The notes: a model not told the origin generated them from the sequence alone. A DNA stretch of 26,007 nt from Crocinitomicaceae bacterium (GCA_030830385.1 JAURNA010000276.1:1-26007); one strand, 5' to 3'. Counted from the first letter of the stretch, positions 8,974 to 16,302 are shown. Numbers and translations are program-made.

Positions 8974-9970
8974 TCTGATTCCCCCAAAGTTTACCAATAA
9001 GAAGTTGCCATTGCAATAGTGAGTCTATCAAATACCCTGTCTTTGAAGTATCTACGGTTTAACTTGTAACAAAATTCGTTGAGATAATTTTGAAGGTACT
9101 TTCCTTTGATTTTATGAAAGGTTCCAAGGAGCGTTCTTTCGGCGTTGCTGATTGCAATATGTACCCATTTGAGGGTTGTTTTATTTGTGTTTTTGTCTGA
9201 TTTTTCCGCAAGATGTACCTCTACAAAATTGGAGATGTCGACGTAACTCGTGCTTTTATCCGAAAAAATGATGGATGTTTCTTTAAAGCTTTCCGCTATA
9301 GTTTCATTGATCGTTTCAGCAGTATGATCGGAAAGCACTTTCATTTTAAAGTATCTGCACTGACGTTGTTTTTTCCCTGTTTCGATGTCTTCCAAAGGAG
9401 TCGATTCTGCCATAACAGCAACATTGAGTTGTCGCTGACTTCCTCGTCCACGTTTTAGTTTTACAAATTCGGAAGTAGCCTTTTCAAAATAGCCCTCGTC
9501 AAACTCCGACGCCCCCTCCAAATGGTAGAGGGCATACCGCTTTCCCATACCTTCACGTATTTTATGCATTAATCGCCATACCGTATCGTATTTGGGGTGA
9601 TCCAACTGACGTTGTAATTCTGAAGCTGAGATAGTTTTCTTGCTGAAGGTCATAAAAGCCATTGCCAAATACCAGGTATGAAAAGATACTTTCGAACCCT
9701 CCATTATGCTTCCACTTCTTAATGTCGTTCTGAAATTACAACTGCTACACTGCCATTGCCATTTTGCTTGTAACCAATAGTGCTTTTCACATCCACACTG
9801 CTTGCACTTGACGCCTTGTGACTCCCGTTGCTCCTTAAAATGAGACTTACAGCTAGTCTCGTTCGGAAATTCCTCTAAAAATCGTAGTATGTTCATCTTG
9901 CTTTTTTATTCAAAGCAACAACGCTACATCGTAATCAATTTACGTTCTGGTATTTTCTGGGGGAATCAGA
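8974..9970 (-). mobile_element. IS1595-family insertion sequence (997 bp), probably ISSod11-like (DDH) group
   Basis: Perfect 13-bp TIR TCTGATTCCCCCA at 8974-8986 and 9958-9970, extending imperfectly to 19/23. Perfect 8-bp TSD AATTTTTT at 8966-8973 and 9971-9978. Contains a single transposase ORF. Confidence 0.95.
8991..9896 (-). CDS. IS1595-family transposase (301 aa)
   Basis: N-terminal Zn ribbon (CKQCG...CSSC), an HTH-like region, FDEGYF, FSDKSTSY, WVHIAISN and YLQNYLNEFCYKLNRR. The reading frame is uninterrupted. Confidence 0.94.
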   Translation of the reverse strand: MNILRFLEEFPNETSCKSHFKEQRESQGVKCKQCGCEKHYWLQAKWQWQCSSCNFRTTLRSGSIMEGSKVSFHTWYLAMAFMTFSKKTISASELQRQLDHPKYDTVWRLMHKIREGMGKRYALYHLEGASEFDEGYFEKATSEFVKLKRGRGSQRQLNVAVMAESTPLEDIETGKKQRQCRYFKMKVLSDHTAETINETIAESFKETSIIFSDKSTSYVDISNFVEVHLAEKSDKNTNKTTLKWVHIAISNAERTLLGTFHKIKGKYLQNYLNEFCYKLNRRYFKDRVFDRLTIAMATSYW

Positions 9971-9978
9971 AATTTTTT
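9971..9978. repeat. Right 8-bp target-site duplication AATTTTTT
   Basis: Identical to 8966-8973 and directly flanks the TIR. Confidence 0.9.
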
Positions 9979-10055
9979 CCAGAGGAAAAAGTTTAAACCG
10001 TAATTTTTCTCGGTTTTCGTGCTGTGTTTCGGTGAATTATCAACTTTTTTCGAAG

Positions 10056-10301
10056 TTAAAAACTGATCGGTTCGTCATTAATGACTTCTTTTCGAACGGG
10101 TCTTACCGGGTTGGTGAGCACACGTTTTTCGATCGGAGTAGTTTTTACTTTAACCTGCTGAAAGGAATCTACTCTTGCCTTCGCATCTGGAGACCCTGAG
10201 TCTGAAACTGAAGTATTTGCTGACGTTTCATTCGTTGTGCCACATCCAAACAGTAACAACCCGAATGCAAGCAGTACAACTGAAAATCTATTCTTTTTCA
10301 T
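10056..10301 (-). CDS. Small lipoprotein of unknown function (81 aa), largely low-complexity
   Basis: MKKNRFSVVLLAFGLLLFG|C lipobox, Ser/Thr-rich linker, and a 6-nt gap to the upstream gene. Confidence 0.75.
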   Translation of the reverse strand: MKKNRFSVVLLAFGLLLFGCGTTNETSANTSVSDSGSPDAKARVDSFQQVKVKTTPIEKRVLTNPVRPVRKEVINDEPISF

Positions 10302-10307
10302 GGTATT

Positions 10308-10661
10308 TTACTTATTAAATGATGCCACCGCTTCCTCTACTGTTTTCTTTGCGTTTCCGATGAAGACCTCATCCTCATTGATTACAAACGGACGCTTGAG
10401 AAAGGTGTATTCTTCGAGCATGTATTTGCGGTAATCTGACTCCGAAAGTTCCATTTGGTTCAAGCCCATGGATCGATATTTCATTGCCTTTTTTGAGAAC
10501 AGCGCTTCATATGAACCCACTTTTTCCTTAAGAAAATCAAGTGTTTCCGGGTCGATGTTGTTTGTTTTGATATCCTGAAGTTCTACGTCTGGCCCCGGGC
10601 CGATTTCTTTCAATATACGTTGATTTGTAGAACAACTTGATAGGTGATAAATTTTCTTCAT
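10308..10661 (-). CDS. ArsC/Spx/MgsR (arsenate reductase-like, thioredoxin-fold) family protein
   Basis: MKKIYHLSSCST..RIL, ALFSKKAMKYR and FLKRPFVI, the family's C-terminal RP motif. Confidence 0.82.
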   Translation of the reverse strand: MKKIYHLSSCSTNQRILKEIGPGPDVELQDIKTNNIDPETLDFLKEKVGSYEALFSKKAMKYRSMGLNQMELSESDYRKYMLEEYTFLKRPFVINEDEVFIGNAKKTVEEAVASFNK

Positions 10662-10670
10662 TGTATTCCT

Positions 10671-11540
10671 TTAATTGCCTTGCATAAATTCGTCGTTTCG
10701 CTTTCTGTCTTCTTCGTTGGTTTCAACAGGTGGACAGCTATTTTTTCGTCTCTTTTGGAAGAGGTTCATCACCTTCACGTAGAACACCGCGGGCCAGTAG
10801 TTCGACGAGAACCATCGCAATGAAGGTTTGGCCTTGTTCCATTCATGGATTCCGAGAATGGGTGTTCTGCATCCCACGACCAAATTTGTTCCTCTTCTCA
10901 ATTTAAAGCCAAAACCCAGATCGTAGTGAATCTGAGCCGCCAATGGTTTGTAGTAATACGCTTCTGTTCCGAATTGCGCAGAAAATTGATGGTAATCGGA
11001 TTCCTGATCGTCGGTAATCAACCGATAATCAACGTTGGCGCCAAGGCCATTGTCAATGTAAAATCCATCGATCTTTTTAAAGTGTATCTCTTTGTGCGCG
11101 GTGATTCGGCCGTAGAGGTGACCGTTGTAGAATCGTCCGGCCTCTTCAGCTTCGGAAATCAGATTTCCGACAATGTCCCGATAATTCACCTTGATTGTCT
11201 CTTTTCCACCGAGGTACTTGAAGCCAATTCCCCAATCGAAATAGCTCAAAAAACCCTTTTTGGTAACATGAACGAGGCCCAATTCTCCAAAAAAGCCCGG
11301 ACGTCCGGATGGGTCTAATAAGAAGTCGCCTCTGGATGAGGTTCCGTTGAATTCCCGGGTTTCGTTTTTCAGACGTGTAAACGTATACGTTGGACCCAGT
11401 TGAATTTGCCATCCTGTGTAGCTCAAATTCCGGAAATCTCGTTTACCGAATGCATCCTTTCTACTGTTCGGGGTAAAATCCCGTTGCCCAAATGAACAGG
11501 CGGTGCCTGCCAGTAATGCAATAATCCAGGCATGTTTCAT
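10671..11540 (-). CDS. Hypothetical exported protein, probably an outer-membrane beta-barrel (289 aa)
   Basis: Start moved to the ATG at 11540, which overlaps the kmo TGA. Signal peptide MKHAWIIALLAGTACSFG|Q. Amphipathic aromatic/Gly strands (GWQIQLGPTYTF, FDWGIGFKY, HYDLGFGFKL). Confidence 0.65.
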   Translation of the reverse strand: MKHAWIIALLAGTACSFGQRDFTPNSRKDAFGKRDFRNLSYTGWQIQLGPTYTFTRLKNETREFNGTSSRGDFLLDPSGRPGFFGELGLVHVTKKGFLSYFDWGIGFKYLGGKETIKVNYRDIVGNLISEAEEAGRFYNGHLYGRITAHKEIHFKKIDGFYIDNGLGANVDYRLITDDQESDYHQFSAQFGTEAYYYKPLAAQIHYDLGFGFKLRRGTNLVVGCRTPILGIHEWNKAKPSLRWFSSNYWPAVFYVKVMNLFQKRRKNSCPPVETNEEDRKRNDEFMQGN

Positions 11541-12883
11541 AGTTGCTCTTTTATCGTATTCATCACTTCTTCCGACTCCCAACGGGCTTCAATATCGGGA
11601 ATTTCCATGACCTTATTCATTATTTTGTCCTGTTCTTTACCTTTTTTCAGTGCATCGCTGTATCGGATTTCACTGAATGTTACCTGAGAATACAACGGTA
11701 TCCAAAGGTCTGGGTAACGCTCTGAGAATTTTGCTTCTATTTTTTTTCGGAGCAAGAACTTCGGATCGGCGACATAATCACGCATTACATAGTAATTATG
11801 AAGGGATAGATCCTGCAGTGCATCACCATCTTGTTTTCGATCTCTACTATACTCTTCAAAAATCGTACCCCAATTTTCGCCATGTTTTTGCATCAGGTTC
11901 CACAGAACGGTACAATCCTCGAAACCCCCATTCATGCCTTGTCCATAAAACGGTACGGTAGCATGGGCTGCATCTCCCATCATTGCTACTTTGCCATGGT
12001 GCCATGGATAGGATCGCATAATCGCCAATGATGAAAGCGGGTGGTCTTCCCAGGCATCCGCAATGTTGGGCATCATTTCATAGAAATCAGGGAATGTCGT
12101 TTGGAAGAATTGATCCACTTCCTCTTTCGATTTCATTGCATTGAACGACTGCTTGTGACCGTCAAAAGGCATGAAAAGCGTGCAGGTGAAGGATCCGTCT
12201 TCATTCGCAAGTGCAATGAGCATAAAACGACCCCGCGGCCAAATGTGCAGTGCATTTTTATCGAGCTTGTAACTGCCATCTTCGTTTGCCGGAAGAAGGA
12301 TTTCGCGGTAACCGTCTTCGATGTATAACTGGCTGAAGTTAAAGCGATCCAGTTTCTGCATTCCTTTGTAACGGACTGCCGAAAAAGCTCCATCGCAGGC
12401 GAAAACGACATCGGCCTGATCCTCAATCATAGAGCCATTTTCGAGGTTGAGAAGCGTTATTTTCCCAGACTCGAAATCCACATCTTCGCACTGGTGGTTG
12501 TAGAATATTTTCGCTCCTCCATTTTGCTCTGCAATATCCATCATTTTGGCATTCACGCCTCCTCGTGAGATGGAATAGATGGACTGCCCCTCCTTTCCAT
12601 AAGGCTGGAAGGTCAATTCTCCCGAAGTACTGTGCATAATGCGTCCGTGCATGGGAATGGCCATCTTTCGAATTTCGTCTCCTACCCCAACGGTGTCCAA
12701 TGCCTTCCAACCGCGATTTGAGAGCGCCAGATTGATGGATTTTCCGACTGAAATTTCCGCCTTTCGAATGTCCGATCTGCGTTCATAGATTCGTACTTTG
12801 TAACCCGCTTTGGCCAGGTAAACGGCCCATAGTGATCCAACGAGTCCGGCTCCGACAATTATTGCGTTTTTTTCGTTGCTCAT
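11537..12883 (-). CDS. kmo: Kynurenine 3-monooxygenase (FAD-dependent)
   Basis: GAGLVG FAD motif, SINLALSNRG, LHIWPRG, GDAAHATVPFYGQGMNGGFED and WIPLYSQVTFS. Start is the ATG at 12883. Confidence 0.95.
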   Translation of the reverse strand: MSNEKNAIIVGAGLVGSLWAVYLAKAGYKVRIYERRSDIRKAEISVGKSINLALSNRGWKALDTVGVGDEIRKMAIPMHGRIMHSTSGELTFQPYGKEGQSIYSISRGGVNAKMMDIAEQNGGAKIFYNHQCEDVDFESGKITLLNLENGSMIEDQADVVFACDGAFSAVRYKGMQKLDRFNFSQLYIEDGYREILLPANEDGSYKLDKNALHIWPRGRFMLIALANEDGSFTCTLFMPFDGHKQSFNAMKSKEEVDQFFQTTFPDFYEMMPNIADAWEDHPLSSLAIMRSYPWHHGKVAMMGDAAHATVPFYGQGMNGGFEDCTVLWNLMQKHGENWGTIFEEYSRDRKQDGDALQDLSLHNYYVMRDYVADPKFLLRKKIEAKFSERYPDLWIPLYSQVTFSEIRYSDALKKGKEQDKIMNKVMEIPDIEARWESEEVMNTIKEQL

Positions 12884-13101
12884 CTGCGCTTCCAATTTCG
12901 TGAATAGTTTGTCTCAAAAAACGTACGATTCGCACGTTGCTGCATTTTCTTTTTGTGCATTCTGGCACTCATCCGCCAGAGAATAATTCCTCCTACCAAA
13001 ACGGCTCCTGTTTGCAGCGCAATGGTGAGATACGCCTGCATTTCTGTAGCGGCTCCTGAATACTTCGCCAATACCAATTGTTGCACTGCAATATCGTTCA
13101 T
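12880..13101 (-). CDS. Small single-pass membrane protein of unknown function (73 aa)
   Basis: ATG lies 1 nt after the kynU stop and its TGA overlaps the kmo ATG. One hydrophobic helix (YLTIALQTGAVLVGGIILW) is followed by a basic tail. Confidence 0.72.
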   Translation of the reverse strand: MNDIAVQQLVLAKYSGAATEMQAYLTIALQTGAVLVGGIILWRMSARMHKKKMQQRANRTFFETNYSRNWKRR

Positions 13102-13102
13102 A

Positions 13103-14374
13103 TCAACTGATTACTTCTTCCAGATACTGTCCAAAACGGTAACAATCCTCGTATGAGTTATACAAAGGTGCCGGAGCAATTCGAATGACGTTCGGTTCGC
13201 GCCAATCCGCAATCACTCCTTTTTCCGAGAGCTTATCGAAGAGTTCTTTACCCATACCATGTGCATGAATGGAAAGTTGTGCCCCTCGCTTGCTCTTGTC
13301 TTTTGGGGTCATAATTTCAAATGTGCAATCCGGGTTGCGGTTGGAGATGTCTTCAATGACAAACTCCAGATAAGCTGTAAGTTTATCTCGTTTTTCACCA
13401 ATTCGATCCATTCCGGCTTCGTCGAAAATTTCGAGTGATGCGAGATGCGCAGCCATTCCCAGAACCGGAGCATTACTCAGCTGCCAACCTTCGGCTCCAA
13501 ACATGGGTTTGAATCCCGGCTCCATTTGAAAGCGGGTTTGCTTGTCGTATCCCCACCAACCGGCAAAGCGCTTCAGGTCGGGACGGTTTGCGTGACGTTC
13601 GTGTACGAACATTCCTGAGACTCCTCCCGGGGAAGAATTCAGGTATTTGTATCCACACCAGGCAGCAAAATCCACATCCCAATCGTGCAAATTCAAGTTG
13701 ATGTTGCCTGCGGCGTGAGCGAGATCAAACCCAACCGTTGCGCCCACAGCATGCCCTGCACGCGTAATCGACTCCATGTCGAACAACTGACCTGTGTAGT
13801 AATTCACTCCACCGATCATGATCATCGATAATTCATCTCTGTATTGCTCAATTGCCGCAAGAATGTCCTCTTCGCGAATCAATTCTTCCCCTTCTCTCGG
13901 AGCAATTTCGATCAAGTGCTCCTTTGGCGATAACCCATGAAACGTAATTTGCGATTCCAATGCATACTGATCACTGGGAAAGGCTTTCGCTTCGCACAAA
14001 ATCTTATTTCGCTTTCCTTCGGGTTGATAAAAGGACACCATTAACAGGTGCAGATTAGTCGTGAGCGAGTGTGTAACGACTACTTCATGAGGAAGTCCTC
14101 CCACAACTTTTGCCGCCATTCCCGTTAGCTGCTCGTGATACGAATACCACGGACGTCTGGACATAAAGTGGCCGTGTACTCCATAAGTAGCCCAGTCGTC
14201 AAGCTCTTCGTTGATATATTCACGGACTTTTTTCGGCTGTAGCCCAAGTGAATTTCCTGAAAAATACACGACTTCCCCGTCATGAAATGTAGGGAAGAGG
14301 AACTTTCCCCTGAAGTGTGCAAGGGGATCGGCCTCATCCAATTTCCGGGCGAATGCTTCGCTGTTTTCGTACAT
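13103..14374 (-). CDS. kynU: Kynureninase (PLP-dependent)
   Basis: YFSGNSLGLQP, FPSDQYA, GFDLAHAAGN, WCGYKYLN (PLP Lys) and GWWG. Start moved to the ATG at 14374 (MYENSEAFARKLD). Confidence 0.96.
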   Translation of the reverse strand: MYENSEAFARKLDEADPLAHFRGKFLFPTFHDGEVVYFSGNSLGLQPKKVREYINEELDDWATYGVHGHFMSRRPWYSYHEQLTGMAAKVVGGLPHEVVVTHSLTTNLHLLMVSFYQPEGKRNKILCEAKAFPSDQYALESQITFHGLSPKEHLIEIAPREGEELIREEDILAAIEQYRDELSMIMIGGVNYYTGQLFDMESITRAGHAVGATVGFDLAHAAGNINLNLHDWDVDFAAWCGYKYLNSSPGGVSGMFVHERHANRPDLKRFAGWWGYDKQTRFQMEPGFKPMFGAEGWQLSNAPVLGMAAHLASLEIFDEAGMDRIGEKRDKLTAYLEFVIEDISNRNPDCTFEIMTPKDKSKRGAQLSIHAHGMGKELFDKLSEKGVIADWREPNVIRIAPAPLYNSYEDCYRFGQYLEEVIS

Positions 14375-14402
14375 GCTATACCGTCTATGCGCAGATTCCG
14401 GC

Positions 14403-14410
14403 CAAAGATA
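14403..14410 (-). promoter_or_regulatory. -7 element (TATCTTTG) for the kynU operon
   Basis: Exact TAnnTTTG, 28 nt upstream of the kynU ATG. Confidence 0.6.
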
Positions 14411-14484
14411 GCAATATACTTCCTTTGGAGGGACCTCTGAAGAGGCACTCATTTCCAGTTGATTGTAACGTGCTTCCTGTACGA

Positions 14485-14592
14485 TTAACGGTTGAGTATA
14501 TACTGAACGAGGAAAAACGTCGCAACTCCAACCGCAACGGCGATCACAATTTGAAGAATCTTTTGGTTGTTGTTGTTTTCCCGGTTTTTCAT
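14485..14592 (-). CDS. Unannotated 35-aa single-pass membrane protein (MKNRENNNNQKILQIVIAVAVGVATFFLVQYILNR)
   Basis: Translated by hand from ATG to TAA. Polar N-terminus plus a hydrophobic helix of about 22 residues. It fills otherwise empty intergenic space and is below the ORF-track length cutoff. Confidence 0.6.
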   Translation of the reverse strand: MKNRENNNNQKILQIVIAVAVGVATFFLVQYILNR

Positions 14593-14702
14593 AACGTAGC
14601 GATAAATGTGTGATTGATACAAGGGGAAAGTAATTATTTCATCGATAAGTACCATTTTTTAATTGACGAATTGTTCTTACCGGTCAAAAAAGGAAGAAAC
14701 CG

Positions 14703-14710
14703 TACTTTTG
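14703..14710 (+). promoter_or_regulatory. -7 element (TACTTTTG) for hemL
   Basis: Exact TAnnTTTG, 21 nt upstream of the ATG at 14732. Confidence 0.6.
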
Positions 14711-14731
14711 TTGAGCAAATTGACGTTATCC

Positions 14732-16033
14732 ATGAAAATACCTGTGACCAGACAGCGTTCAGAATCATTGTTCAAGACAGCGCTCACCTATTTTCCCGGA
14801 GGTGTAAATTCTCCCGTTCGGGCATTTCGATCAGTGGAAGGATCGCCTCTGTTTATGAAGCGGGGTGATGGCTGCTATGTGTGGGATGAGGACGACAATC
14901 GTTTCATCGATTTCTGTTGCAGTTGGGGACCGTTGATTTTGGGACATAACCACCCGTCTATTTATGCACGCGTGATGGACGCTATGAGCAATGGGTCGAG
15001 CTTCGGTACGCCCACCGCTTTGGAAAATGAACTTGCCGAATTGATTTTGAGCCGAAACCCGTTCATTGATAAAATTCGTTTCGTGAGTTCTGGAACCGAA
15101 GCCGTGATGTCTGCATTGCGATTAGCAAGAGGATTTACCGGACGAAACAAAGTCGTGAAATTTGAAGGATGCTATCACGGTCATGTCGATTCAATGTTGG
15201 TTAAGGCGGGAAGCGGGCTGGCTACGTTCGGAACCTCATCAAGTGCAGGTGTTCCGGAAAGTTACGCAAGCGAAACGATTGTACTTCCCTTGAACGACGA
15301 AACGTCGTTGCGCGATTGTTTTGAGCGCTACGGAGAAGACATTGCCTGCGTGATCATCGAGCCGATTCCGGCGAATAACGGATTGTTGTTGCAAGATGCC
15401 TCGTTTCTGAAAAGCCTTCGAGAAATCTGTACAGATTCCGGGGCGTTGCTCTTCTTTGATGAAGTGATCTCCGGTTTTCGGGTAGGATTCAACGGTGCGG
15501 CCGAGTACTTCGGGATTCAACCCGACCTTATTACTTATGGAAAAATTCTCGGTGGGGGGCTTCCCGTAGGAGCATACGGTGCTCGTGAGGAAGTCATGAA
15601 CTGCGTTGCACCAGACGGTCCGGTGTATCAAGCAGGAACGCTATCGGGAAATCCGGTGGCGATGGCCGCTGGAATTGCTCAGCTAACAGAGTGTGCGAAG
15701 GACGGATTTTACGAGGATCAGCAGCGACGAACCGAGTTGTTTGTTGGGGCCATCAACTCACATTCGCGTGAAAAAGGGTACAACTTTGAATTGGTCACGA
15801 TTGGCTCGATATTCTGGCTTTCATTCGATGGTAAAAAGCGTATTCAGCGTGCCGATCAAATCGATTCAGACATGTCCGCATTTTCTGCGTTGTTCAGCGC
15901 GCTATTGAGCCGTGGTATTTACCTGGGACCAAGTGGATATGAAGTTGGATTTATCTCAAATGCACACACTGAGGAAGTCCTTTCCCATGCCATACAGGCA
16001 TTTTGTGAATCGCTCGACGAGATTTTTGCCTGA
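14732..16033 (+). CDS. hemL: Glutamate-1-semialdehyde 2,1-aminomutase
   Basis: PGGVNSPVRAF, SWGPLILGH, FVSSGTEAVMSALRLARG, YHGHVD, FDEVISGF, YGKILGGGLPVGA and YQAGTLSGNP. Confidence 0.96.
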   Translation: MKIPVTRQRSESLFKTALTYFPGGVNSPVRAFRSVEGSPLFMKRGDGCYVWDEDDNRFIDFCCSWGPLILGHNHPSIYARVMDAMSNGSSFGTPTALENELAELILSRNPFIDKIRFVSSGTEAVMSALRLARGFTGRNKVVKFEGCYHGHVDSMLVKAGSGLATFGTSSSAGVPESYASETIVLPLNDETSLRDCFERYGEDIACVIIEPIPANNGLLLQDASFLKSLREICTDSGALLFFDEVISGFRVGFNGAAEYFGIQPDLITYGKILGGGLPVGAYGAREEVMNCVAPDGPVYQAGTLSGNPVAMAAGIAQLTECAKDGFYEDQQRRTELFVGAINSHSREKGYNFELVTIGSIFWLSFDGKKRIQRADQIDSDMSAFSALFSALLSRGIYLGPSGYEVGFISNAHTEEVLSHAIQAFCESLDEIFA

Positions 16034-16035
16034 CT

Positions 16036-16290
16036 TTATTGCTCGCAGGCTTCTTTTAGTTTGAGCATATCCCTGCCCCCCATGGTTTGGAAATTGGCAC
16101 AGGCTTCTTCTTGTTCGGTCTTCAGTTTCTTGATCTTATCCGCCTGCTCCGAGGTAATCTCCTCATCAAAAATCCTGGCCGTTTCCGCGTCGAGCTTTTT
16201 TCCTGCTTCCATACACGCGCAAAACTGATTCTCCTCTGAAGAACATGCGGAAAGAAGTGCAACAAAACCTAAAAACCATCCTTTTCTCAT
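16036..16290 (-). CDS. Small helical lipoprotein of unknown function (84 aa)
   Basis: Start moved to the ATG at 16290. MRKGWFLGFVALLSA|C lipobox, with four further Cys. Confidence 0.72.
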   Translation of the reverse strand: MRKGWFLGFVALLSACSSEENQFCACMEAGKKLDAETARIFDEEITSEQADKIKKLKTEQEEACANFQTMGGRDMLKLKEACEQ

Positions 16291-16294
16291 GAGC

Positions 16295-16302
16295 CGAAAG
16301 TA
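16295..16302 (-). promoter_or_regulatory. Putative -7 element (TACTTTCG), 4 nt before the lipoprotein ATG
   Basis: 7/8 match to TAnnTTTG. Confidence 0.4.

Noticed and set aside
9973-10016. Short inverted repeats next to the IS (TTTTTCC-aga-GGAAAAA; AAACCG-N10-CGGTTT).
   Set aside because: These are AT-rich and expected by chance. They do not form a convincing terminator or MITE.
4074-14374. nadD as part of a kynurenine-NAD supercluster.
   Set aside because: nadD sits in its usual yicC-gmk-nadD context and is separated from the kyn operon by a terminator, so the proximity is probably incidental.
14375-14731. Riboswitch or Trp-sensing leader peptide upstream of kynU.
   Set aside because: I saw no recognisable aptamer core or terminator/antiterminator pair. 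The sORF contains no Trp codon, and kynU has its own proximal -7 box.
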